Shown here piece after piece: positions 28,409 through 38,200 of a stretch of DNA of 64,000 nt. Made by a program: the position numbers and the translations under genes. Source of the stretch: an uncultured Bacteroidota bacterium (GTDB taxonomy: Bacteria > Bacteroidota > Bacteroidia > AKYH767-A > OLB10); contig CAINEC010000193.1 in the NCBI GenBank assembly GCA_903847585.1, forward strand, positions 52,507 through 116,506, in the 5' to 3' direction. Below the pieces are notes generated by a model. The model made no database searches. It saw nothing but the letters and a program-made list of their open reading frames with translations, and was not told the origin of the DNA. Every line of letters starts with the position of its first letter. Position 1 is the first letter of the stretch.

Positions 28409-30358
28409 ATGTCGCTTAGCCCGCACTATTTGGTTATAAGAGCGAAATATGACTATTTTTACAGCCTAACAAACCGACACTTGAAGAAGCTTCTGGACAT
28501 CAACCTACCTCGTGTAGTTATTCTGATTGGAGATTTACTGCTATGTATCTTCTCTTTGTTTGTAGCCTATCAATTAAGGTTCAATTTTAATATCCCTCTC
28601 AAGGAAATAAATACATTCAGCTTTGTATTTCCTTTTGTTTTGATTGTACGATTCTCGTCCTTTTTAATTGCAAAGACCTACACAGGTATAATTCGTTATA
28701 CGGGTACTAAGGATGCATTTCGTATTGTTCTGACCTTAGCAGCGGGTTCTGCAATAATGCTGATTAGTAATCTTGTCAGGCATTCTTTAAGTCTTTACTA
28801 CTTAGTTCCATTTTCCATTATTGCCATCGAATTTCTCGTTACTGTTTTTTTAATGATCATTGGAAGATTGTCGGTTAAGGTGGTTTACAGCGAATTGAAA
28901 AACCCATCAAAAGACAAAGCAGGTGTCATTATTTACGGTGCCGGTGATGCAGGAATTATCACTAAGCGCACATTAGATCGCGATAGAGGTACGCGTTATA
29001 AGGTTGTAGCATTTGTGGATGACGACCCTAAAAAAGCAGGAAAAAAAATAGAAGGCGTTGAAATTTACAATAGTAATCAGCTAGAAAAATTGCAGCAGAA
29101 TAATGAAGTAAAACATTTGATTATTTCTATTCAGAACATCACCACTTCTCGTAAACAGCAAATAGTTGATACCTGTTTGAAGTATAATACGCGCATTTTA
29201 AATGTACCGCCTGTACATTCATGGATTAACGGTGAATTAAGCTTTAAGCAAATTAAAAAACTTAAAATTGAAGACTTACTCGGAAGAGATCCTATTCAAC
29301 TTGATCTGAATAAAATTCAACATGAGCTTACAGGTAAAGTTGTATTAGTAACTGGAGCTGCAGGATCTATCGGTAGTGAAATTGTTCGTCAAATAATTCC
29401 ATTTAAACCTAAATTATTAGTGATGCTTGATATGTCAGAGTCGGCATTGTATGATTTAGAATTAGAGGTAAATGACTTAAACACTGATAAAAATTGCAGA
29501 ACAGAAACGGTAATTGGCGACATCAGAAATAAAGATAGAATGCATAATGTGTTCAACACTTTTAAACCAGATATCGTTTATCATGCAGCGGCTTATAAGC
29601 ATGTGCCAGTAATGGAGAATAATCCGAGTGAGTCCATTTTAAATAACGTAAAAGGCACATGTAATCTTGCAGATCTTGCTGTCACTTTTAGAGTTCCAAA
29701 GTTTGTAATGATTAGTACTGACAAGGCGGTTAACCCAACAAACATTATGGGTGCAACAAAACGTATAGCAGAAATTTATTGTCAGTCGCTAAACGACAAC
29801 AACGAACACACTCGCTTTATCACCACAAGATTTGGAAATGTATTAGGCTCTAACGGTAGCGTAATACCGCGATTTAAAAAACAAATTGAATTAGGACTAC
29901 CAATTACTGTTACCGATCCGCATGTGACGCGTTATTTCATGACCATCCCAGAAGCTTGTCAGCTAGTATTAGAAGCAGGTGCCATGGGAACAGGAGGAGA
30001 AATCTTCATCTTTGACATGGGTGAATCGGTGAACATCGCAGAGCTTGCAAAGAAGATGATTCGCTTAAGTGGTTTAGAGCTAGGCAAGGATATACAGATA
30101 GTTTATACTGGATTAAGACCAGGAGAGAAGTTGTATGAAGAGCTCTTAGCTAATGAAGAAAACACATTGCCTACGCATCATAAGAAGATCATGATTGCAA
30201 AGGTGAAGAAGTATAATTTCGAATCGATCAGTAAAGATATTTCTGATTTGATTTCCCTTTTTGGTGCGCAGGACAATGAACAAATCGTTCGTAAGATGAA
30301 GGAGATTGTACCTGAGTTTAAGAGTCAAAATTCGATTTATCAAAAGCTCGACAACTAA
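28409..30358 (+). CDS. Membrane-anchored polysaccharide biosynthesis protein, CapD/PglF/WbpM-type UDP-sugar 4,6-dehydratase.
   Basis: N-terminal TM helices, then VLVTGAAGSIGSEIVRQI and the short-chain dehydratase core. Confidence 0.75.
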   Translation: MSLSPHYLVIRAKYDYFYSLTNRHLKKLLDINLPRVVILIGDLLLCIFSLFVAYQLRFNFNIPLKEINTFSFVFPFVLIVRFSSFLIAKTYTGIIRYTGTKDAFRIVLTLAAGSAIMLISNLVRHSLSLYYLVPFSIIAIEFLVTVFLMIIGRLSVKVVYSELKNPSKDKAGVIIYGAGDAGIITKRTLDRDRGTRYKVVAFVDDDPKKAGKKIEGVEIYNSNQLEKLQQNNEVKHLIISIQNITTSRKQQIVDTCLKYNTRILNVPPVHSWINGELSFKQIKKLKIEDLLGRDPIQLDLNKIQHELTGKVVLVTGAAGSIGSEIVRQIIPFKPKLLVMLDMSESALYDLELEVNDLNTDKNCRTETVIGDIRNKDRMHNVFNTFKPDIVYHAAAYKHVPVMENNPSESILNNVKGTCNLADLAVTFRVPKFVMISTDKAVNPTNIMGATKRIAEIYCQSLNDNNEHTRFITTRFGNVLGSNGSVIPRFKKQIELGLPITVTDPHVTRYFMTIPEACQLVLEAGAMGTGGEIFIFDMGESVNIAELAKKMIRLSGLELGKDIQIVYTGLRPGEKLYEELLANEENTLPTHHKKIMIAKVKKYNFESISKDISDLISLFGAQDNEQIVRKMKEIVPEFKSQNSIYQKLDN

Positions 30359-30462
30359 AAAAGCAATTTAACTATTACTGTGTTTTTCTGATTTGTGAAT
30401 AACTAAACGACAGTAAATGCTTAAAATTTTGGAGTAATACTGTCGATTGATATTTTTGGTTC

Positions 30463-30479
30463 GGGGGGGGGGCGCCCCC
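30463..30479. repeat. G10-CG-C5 homopolymeric, self-complementary G/C tract in the convergent intergenic gap.
   Basis: ggggggggggcgccccc seen directly; GGGGGCGCCCCC is a perfect palindrome; the surrounding DNA is AT-rich. Confidence 0.6.
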
Positions 30480-30518
30480 TAAATGAAGATGAATTTTAAA
30501 AGTTGATTTTAAAATCCA

Positions 30519-32462
30519 TTATTTACTTGTACGACTCTTCAATCGATCCACCTTATTCAATCCTTTAACAAACATATGCTCCGCAGTTTGATAAATTGAA
30601 ATCGCATCTGTTTTGAATTGCTCTTCAACCTTCACTTCTTTCATATCACCGGTATAACGATCAAAACTAAATTGAGCAAATTTTTTCTGCGGTGATAGCA
30701 CCATCAATTTATTTCCTTTGATGTATCCCAACTTCTGATAAGTACCAATAAAAGCTCGTTCATCATTTGGTGTCATTGTTAAAATGTTTTTACCAAAGAA
30801 TGTAGACTCATAACTCCAGTTCATTAAACCAGCCAATGTTGGAACCACATCCACTTGGCTACATAGTTTATCAACTTGCATAGGTTTAATTAATTCAGGG
30901 GCATAGATTAAACAGGGGATTTGATATTTCAAGATTGGCATCTCTGCTTTCCCAGCACTACTTCCACAATGGTCGCCAATAATTACAAAAAGCGTATTAT
31001 TAAACCAAGCATGATTTGGAGCTTCTTCAAAAAACTTCTGAAGTGCATAATCAGTGTAACGCACTCCCCCACTCCTATTCTTATTCAGCTTTAATCCTAC
31101 CTCCGGGAAAGTATAAGGCTTATGATTAGAAGTAGTAAGAATAAAATTAAAGAATGGTTTACCGGCTTTATAACTTTGGTCGGCCTCCTTCATTGCACGT
31201 GAATAAGAATCCTCATCACAAGTCCCCCAAACATTCGCAAAACGAATTTCTTCTTCGCTGTAATTACTTCTATCAACAATTTGAAAATGATTCCCACTGA
31301 AAAAGGTATTCATGTTATCAAAATATCCGAACCCACCATAAATAAATTTATTATCGTACCCCTTCTGCTTGAACAACCATCCAGAAGAAAACAAATTATC
31401 ATTTGACGGACGGCGAACGATGCTGGTACCTGGAGTTGGCGGGATACTTAAATTTAATGCTTCTAATCCACGTACAGTACGAGTTCCATTTGCATAAAGG
31501 TTCGTAAAAAACATTCCTTTCTTTACCAGCTGATTTAAGAATGGCATTTCATATCCATCACCTGGATCAATGTATTCAAGGTATTCACCACTTAAACTTT
31601 CAACTGTAATGAACATAACGTTGTAACGCTTTTCTTCTCCAATATTTTTATATGAATAAATTAAATCATTGGTAGGATATGAAATAAAAGAATCCTTCAT
31701 CAAAGCCTTTACATGATCATTAGCCTTCTTATCATCGATAGTATAATAAAATCGATCGTAATCTAACTGATTATTTTTATAGGCTTCAAACAGACTATAA
31801 AAACCATTTTTTGCTAATTCATTATTGTAAGAGTTATTGCTAATTCTACTCCAATTAATATTCACAAAAAGAAATGCAAAAAGAGGAAGAATTGAAATCA
31901 GCAACAGACCTTTCAAACGACTTAAATAAGTGGTGTCTGAATTTAAAGAGCCCCCAACGTAATTATTTTTCACTAACCAATAAATTGCAAGAGCTGTTAA
32001 TCCTGCAACAATCGCCACCAAGGGACCAATAGAATACGATTCAACAATGTTTCCAATTACTTCATTGGTGTATACTAAATAATCTACTGCAATGAAATTA
32101 AAACGCACTTCAAACTCATCCCAGAAAAAATATTCAGCAAATGCATTAAAGATCCAGATAAAAATTGTCAAGCCATAGAAGAACCAGCAAAGTCCTTTGT
32201 AAAACTTAGTTCTTGCAATTACTGATGGAATCAAAAATATTATGATGGCGATTGGCAATGCATAATAAGAAAAAGCAATTACATCAAATAAAAATCCTGA
32301 AAGAAAACTTAGTGTAATATCAATTACATTAAAACTAACATTAAGATATGATTTTACAGTAAGAACAATTCGCGCAATTAGAGAAACAACAAGAAATATT
32401 TTTATAAATCCTGCTAATGTTCGATAACGACCATTATAAATTTTACTTAGCAAATTATCCAT
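30519..32462 (-). CDS. LTA synthase family protein (sulfatase-like phosphoglycerol transferase; N-terminal polytopic membrane domain).
   Basis: Five N-terminal TM helices and a sulfatase/alkaline-phosphatase-superfamily ectodomain (FITVESLSGEYL, GTRTVRGLEAL). Confidence 0.6.
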   Translation of the reverse strand: MDNLLSKIYNGRYRTLAGFIKIFLVVSLIARIVLTVKSYLNVSFNVIDITLSFLSGFLFDVIAFSYYALPIAIIIFLIPSVIARTKFYKGLCWFFYGLTIFIWIFNAFAEYFFWDEFEVRFNFIAVDYLVYTNEVIGNIVESYSIGPLVAIVAGLTALAIYWLVKNNYVGGSLNSDTTYLSRLKGLLLISILPLFAFLFVNINWSRISNNSYNNELAKNGFYSLFEAYKNNQLDYDRFYYTIDDKKANDHVKALMKDSFISYPTNDLIYSYKNIGEEKRYNVMFITVESLSGEYLEYIDPGDGYEMPFLNQLVKKGMFFTNLYANGTRTVRGLEALNLSIPPTPGTSIVRRPSNDNLFSSGWLFKQKGYDNKFIYGGFGYFDNMNTFFSGNHFQIVDRSNYSEEEIRFANVWGTCDEDSYSRAMKEADQSYKAGKPFFNFILTTSNHKPYTFPEVGLKLNKNRSGGVRYTDYALQKFFEEAPNHAWFNNTLFVIIGDHCGSSAGKAEMPILKYQIPCLIYAPELIKPMQVDKLCSQVDVVPTLAGLMNWSYESTFFGKNILTMTPNDERAFIGTYQKLGYIKGNKLMVLSPQKKFAQFSFDRYTGDMKEVKVEEQFKTDAISIYQTAEHMFVKGLNKVDRLKSRTSK

Positions 32463-33036
32463 GTATAGTTTCCTTCAATCCAAAGCCTTTAATTATTTCT
32501 CCCTCGTAATCCAGCCATTGTTGCCAACGTTCATCCACATTCTCCTCCACTGCATACTTTCTGGCAAAATTGATAAACATCGTATAGTGATTGGCCTCAC
32601 TAATCATCAGCATTTTATAAAACTGTTTTAAATCTTCATCATTAATATTTTCCGAAAGCACTTTAAAGCGTTCGCAACTTCTTGCTTCTATCATTGCTCC
32701 GAAAAGCAAACGATCTATCAAGTGTATTTCTCTTGAACCACCCTTGCGTTGAAATTCATATAGCAAGTTTACATATTCATCCTTGCGTTCACGACCTAAA
32801 ACAAATCCGCGTTCTGTTAATTTATCGTGTACTTGTTTAAAATGACCTAACTCTTCTTGTGCTAATTCAAGCATTGCATTTACCAATTCCGTTTTTTCAG
32901 GAAACTTCACTACGATAGTAATTGCATTCGTTGCTGCTTTCTGTTCACAATAAGCGTGATCAGTTAATATCTCTTCGATATTTTTTTCTACTATGTTTAC
33001 CCAACGAGGATCAGTTGGCAATTTCAATCTAAACAT
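32455..33036 (-). CDS. miaE: tRNA-(ms2io6A)-hydroxylase MiaE-like ferritin-fold diiron protein.
   Basis: Two ExxH motifs (EELGHF, EANHYTMF); length and pattern fit MiaE. Confidence 0.55.
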   Translation of the reverse strand: MFRLKLPTDPRWVNIVEKNIEEILTDHAYCEQKAATNAITIVVKFPEKTELVNAMLELAQEELGHFKQVHDKLTERGFVLGRERKDEYVNLLYEFQRKGGSREIHLIDRLLFGAMIEARSCERFKVLSENINDEDLKQFYKMLMISEANHYTMFINFARKYAVEENVDERWQQWLDYEGEIIKGFGLKETIHG

Positions 33037-33040
33037 GAAA

Positions 33041-35119
33041 TTAGTATTTTAACAACTCAGCGATTTTAATCTTTACTTTATCTGCATTTGGAAGCATCGC
33101 AAACTCCAACGTACTGTTTAGAGGTATAGCAGGTAAATTTTCAGAACCAATAACAACCACTGGCGCATCTAGATGCATAAAACAGTTTTGAGATATCCTT
33201 CCAGCTAGTGCTTGTGCAAATGAATTATTATAAGGCTCTTCAGTAAGTACAATACACTTATTATGTTTCTTCACAGAATTAAATATTGCTTCCTCATCAA
33301 GTGGAGCCAATGTTCTTAAGTCTATAATTTCAACCTGTCCTTCAAAATCTTTTGCAGCATTCTTTGCCCAATACACCCCCATACCATACGTTATAACGGT
33401 AAGCGTATCCGAAGAATTATTAGCCGATGCTTCCTGAACTATACGAGCTTTACCAAGAGGCAAAATATAATCTTCGGATGGTTCAATTGTCTTAGCATCT
33501 TCAGTACCTTTTATCTTCGACCAATAAAGTCCTTTATGCTCTAGCATTACAACCGGATTTGGATCGTAGTAGGCAGCTTTCATCAAGCCTTTTAAATCAG
33601 CACCAGTTGAAGGATAGCATATTTTAATTCCTCGAATATTAGCTAAAACACTTTCTACACTCGACGAGTGATACGGTCCTCCACTTCCATAAGCACCAAT
33701 TGGAACACGAATAATTGCACTTACGGGCCATTTACCATTACTTAAATAACAAGAACGGCTAACCTCAGTAAACAACTGATTTAAACCTGGCCAGATATAA
33801 TCTGCAAACTGAACTTCTACGATAGGCTTACAACCGGTAGCGCTCATGCCGACAGTGCTTCCAATAATGAAAGCTTCTTGAATAGGCGTATTGAAAACAC
33901 GATTATCACCAAATTTCTGTGCTAATGTTGCAGCTTCTCTAAATACACCACCTAATCTTCCTCCTACATCTTGTCCGTATAACAAACATTCAGGATGCTT
34001 TTCCATTAACTCTTGAATAGCAAACAAAGCACAATCAACCATTACTTTAGCTTCACCACCCTGCGGAGCACGAACACCTTGCTCTTCTACAATTGGCGTA
34101 GGTGCGTAATCGTGAGTATATAAATCTTCTGGTCTTGGGTCTTCGGAAGCTTTTGCAATTTCATAATCAGCAAGCACTTGCGTCGTTACTTCTTCTTCAA
34201 TTGAAAACAATTCAATTTCGTTAATTCCTAAATCAAGTAACTGCTTTCTGAACTTCGGTAATGGGTCACGTTTAGTAGCCTCTTCTAAATCATCACGATA
34301 CCATTCCTTTCTAACACCTGATGTATGATGATTCAACAAAGGAACTTTCGCATGCACGAGCCAGGGCTTCGATTCTGTTCGAACACTTTTGAAAATATTA
34401 TTGATGACTTTATAACACTCAATAAAATCAGTTCCGTCTATTGTTACTGCTTCAATTCCTTTGAATCCTTTGATGTATTCATAGGCATTCATAGCACGTG
34501 TTTCTTTCGATGTAGCAGAAATATCCCAATCGTTATCCTGAACAATATAAACTATTGGAAACTGCTTTAAAGCCGCCATTTGAAAAGCTTCAGCTACTTC
34601 TCCTTCTGTAACGGATGCATCTCCTAAAGAACAAACAACTAACGGATTTTCACTAATATTTTTATCCTGTAACCCTTGCTTTTGCAAATACTGAATTCCC
34701 ATAGCAACTCCAGTTGTTGGAATCGCTTGCATTCCTGTTGCTGAACTTTGATGAGGTATTTTAGGCATGCCTTCCCTTTTCAAACTTGGATGGCAGTAAT
34801 AGGTTCTTCCTCCACTAAACGGATCATCGCGCTTAGCCATCAATTGCAACATCAATTCAAATGGTTGCATTCCTATACCCAACAACATACTATCATCACG
34901 ATAGTAAGCACTTAAGTAATCTTGAGATTTAAGTTGAAGTCCAACTGCTAACTGAATAGCCTCATGTCCTCTTGATGTAGCATGAACATATTTAGCGGTA
35001 AACGAAGCCCTTTCTTCATACAATACTGCCATTTCCTTGGCAGTTGTCATTAGTTTAAAGGCATTTAACAATTCCTCTTTCGACAACATTGATTCCTGAT
35101 CCGATGCATTTGAATTCAT
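33041..35119 (-). CDS. Fused 2-oxoacid dehydrogenase E1 component alpha/beta (TPP-dependent, BCKDH-like).
   Basis: An N-terminal E1-alpha TPP-binding region (GDASVTEGEVAEAF) followed by E1-beta transketolase-like domains in one 692-aa ORF. Confidence 0.75.
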   Translation of the reverse strand: MNSNASDQESMLSKEELLNAFKLMTTAKEMAVLYEERASFTAKYVHATSRGHEAIQLAVGLQLKSQDYLSAYYRDDSMLLGIGMQPFELMLQLMAKRDDPFSGGRTYYCHPSLKREGMPKIPHQSSATGMQAIPTTGVAMGIQYLQKQGLQDKNISENPLVVCSLGDASVTEGEVAEAFQMAALKQFPIVYIVQDNDWDISATSKETRAMNAYEYIKGFKGIEAVTIDGTDFIECYKVINNIFKSVRTESKPWLVHAKVPLLNHHTSGVRKEWYRDDLEEATKRDPLPKFRKQLLDLGINEIELFSIEEEVTTQVLADYEIAKASEDPRPEDLYTHDYAPTPIVEEQGVRAPQGGEAKVMVDCALFAIQELMEKHPECLLYGQDVGGRLGGVFREAATLAQKFGDNRVFNTPIQEAFIIGSTVGMSATGCKPIVEVQFADYIWPGLNQLFTEVSRSCYLSNGKWPVSAIIRVPIGAYGSGGPYHSSSVESVLANIRGIKICYPSTGADLKGLMKAAYYDPNPVVMLEHKGLYWSKIKGTEDAKTIEPSEDYILPLGKARIVQEASANNSSDTLTVITYGMGVYWAKNAAKDFEGQVEIIDLRTLAPLDEEAIFNSVKKHNKCIVLTEEPYNNSFAQALAGRISQNCFMHLDAPVVVIGSENLPAIPLNSTLEFAMLPNADKVKIKIAELLKY

Positions 35120-35172
35120 GGCGCAAAAATAAGGATATTCCCTATCTAATTCGAATAGTTACCGGTAAATAA

Positions 35173-35202
35173 AAAGGGATTTCCAAAACTGAAAGTCCCT
35201 TT
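35173..35202 (-). terminator. Rho-independent terminator for the 1593-aa adhesin gene.
   Basis: aaaggga-N16-tcccttt hairpin; on the minus strand it is followed by a T-run. Confidence 0.5.
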
Positions 35203-35220
35203 CTGCTATTTTTAATTTAA

Positions 35221-38200
35221 TTACTCTAAGATAAGTCTTGTTTGAGTAACCAAGCCACTACCTTTTAGTGAAACGATATAAGTTCCTTTAACCAGGCTTT
35301 CAAGATTTAGTTCCTTTTGATTAAATCCTTCAATCGCATTAAGAACATAAGAGTCTACTAATCTACCAGACATATCGTAGATATTTAATGTGTAATCGCT
35401 GTTGTCAATTGATGTATAGGCAATTGTTACATTACCTCTTGTTGGGTTTGGATAAACCACTATACCTGATAAGTCAAATGCGCTTCCGTCACGTGCTGTA
35501 GGGCAAGCTGCGGTAGGATTTACAGATACCGATTTTGCTGTGCTTAATCCACATGCATTACCTGACTTAACTGTAATAGATTTTGATCCAGTAGCAGTAA
35601 ATCTCAAAGTAAGATTTGTTGTACCCTGTCCACTAACATAAGTAGTTCCTGATGTGGGGTAAGTCCAGGTATAAGATGTTGCACTAGTTACAGGTGCAAT
35701 TGAAAACACTTGAGGAACTGTTGTTCCTATACATAGTACAGAAGGGATAATTATTGCACTAGGAACAGATGGTACTACATTAATTTTCACTCCTCTTTCT
35801 GCACTAGAACCACAACCATTATTGGCCTTCACAAACAATGAATCGAATGTGGTTGTGTTAGCTGGATAAGTTACCGTAATTGATTGTGTAGGTGCTGAAA
35901 CAGTGAGAGAAGATACAGCCTGACCATTTAATAATGCCCCGACCTTTTTTGTTCTCCACGTATAAGACGTTGCATTTGTTACAGCGCTTGCAAAGGAATA
36001 AGTGAATGTTCCTCCACCACAAATTCCAGTAGTCTGTCCTGTGATAACTCCCGGAGTTGTTGGAGCTGCGGTATTTCTTGTAATTACTTTTGTACGAACA
36101 GTACTTAATCCCTTACAGTTTCCGCCATTTACCTTTAAAGTATCACCCACAAATCCCGTAGTGAAGGTAACAATAACAGAAGTATCCGTAGTCGTTAATG
36201 CGGTTGCTGATCCATTTACCAGCATTCCAGTTTTAGGTGTCCAAACATAATAATCAGCAGTAGCCACTTTTGCAATACTATACCTAATAGCATCACCAAT
36301 ACAAGCCGTTGCGGCTCCTGTAACTGTACCTGGCTGTGTCGGCTTAGCCGTTCTAACAATAATTGTTCTGATTGTTGAGTCCTTTCCGCATGATGAGGTT
36401 CCGACAACTTTAATAGCTCCTGTAACAGAAGTCGATGACCATGATGTAGTTATCGAATTAGTTCCTGCACCTGCAGTAATTGTAACACCTGTTGGAACTG
36501 TCCATACGTACGTTACTCCAGTTTGCGCTGCTACAGAATAAACAACTCCTGTTGCAGGTCGACAAATTGGAGAATTCCCTGAAATTGTACCAACTGTTAC
36601 GCTACCAGATGTAATTGCTACCGGTAAAGAAGAAGACGCATTATTACATACACCAGAAGCCACAACAGAAACATTTCCACTTAAAACTCCAATAGGCCAT
36701 GATGTAATAATCTGACTTGTTCCCTGTCCTGATAGTATTGTTACTCCCGTTGGAACTGTCCATGTATATACCACACCAGGCTGACTTGTTATAGAATATA
36801 CTAATTGTGATTGAGGTAAACAGAATGAAGTAGAACCAGATATAGACGATAACTGAACATTTGTTGAAACAGTTACCGCTTTAGAAGAACTTACCGAAAT
36901 ACAATTGTTGGCTAGTGTAACAGAAACATTTCCTGAAACAGCTGTTGCCCCCCAGGTGGTAGTAATTGAATTAGTTCCTTGTCCTGCAGTAATTGATACG
37001 CCTGTTGGAACTGTCCAATTATAACTAGCACCTGATTGCGCCGTTACACTATAAACGACTCCAGAAACGCCAGTACAATTTGAAGAAACGCCATTTATAA
37101 CAGGAGTAGAAAGTGAAGGAATAATTGAGATATTAACTGTATCAATAGCTGCAATACATGGACCGCCACCATCAGGATCATTAGTTGTTAAAAATAGTCT
37201 TGCAAATCCTGCTGCAATTTCTGATGCTGAAGGTGTATAAGTAATATTTAATGATGTGTTGCTTGGAGAATAAGTTCCAGTACCGCCACTCCAAGTTTGA
37301 CTTGTTGCAGCACCGCCAATACTTCCTGCAATTGATGAAGTTGCGTTGTAACAAATAGTTTTATCTACACCTGCATTAGCAGTTGGCGGATTAGTACATA
37401 CACTGCAATTTGTTACCGTAATTGCTGAGGTATCATTTGCTGTACAACCAGCTGCTGTCGTATAATAATAAATCAATGTATAAGTACCAGGACCTGCCGT
37501 TGAAGGATTGAAAGTGTTATTGCTAACTCCTGTACCAGCATAATTTCCACCTGTTGGTGAACCACCGGTTAAAGTAAATGGAGCTGCTGTATTACAAACA
37601 GGACTTAACGAAGCAAATGTTACAGTTGGTAAAGGATTAACTGTATAAACCTGTGATGCACTACGAGAACATCCTACTGTATAAGTCACCGTGTATGTTA
37701 TTGTCTGTGACCCAAAGGCAGGGTCGAAAAATCCATTTGATACGCCAACTCCTGAATACACCCCACCTGATGGTGAACCGCCAGAAAGTTGTTGCAATGG
37801 CGCATTATCGCAAATTGGGGAGAATGCACTTAGCGTTACATTTTGAGGAGTGATTACCGTAACAGAAGCGCTTCCACTTGCAGCCCCAACACATGTAGCA
37901 TCATTCATCGCGGTAAGTGTATATGTTGAAGTTGATGATGGACTAACTACTAAATTATAATTAGTAGTTGTTATACCTGTTACACTTGCTGAAGTTGTCC
38001 CGTTTGAATAAGTTAATGCAAATGGCGGAGTTCCAGTAAATGTAACTGGAATACTTACCGTACTTCCAGTACAAGCAGTATAAGACCCTGATGTTGTTGC
38101 AGTAGGGTTAGAGCATCTATCGGTGATGCATATACTAAAAGTACCTGCTACAGTTGAGTCGGTCCATACGCGTAAAATGTAATCTGCTTGAGGATTTAAC

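Noticed and set aside
28373-28426. Overlap of divergent start codons of the epimerase and the CapD-like gene
   Set aside because: It is resolved by using the internal Met (MAVSLVTGGAGFIG) as the epimerase start; the long N-terminal extension lacks homology.
30461-30490. Classical rho-independent terminator at the G/C palindrome
   Set aside because: There is no loop of adequate size and no T-run immediately 3' on either strand; it is kept as an unusual repeat instead.
35560-37070. Possible CRISPR-like repeat array
   Set aside because: The repeats are in-frame, diverged, about 255-bp coding Ig-like domain repeats inside an adhesin gene, with no short identical direct repeats or spacers.
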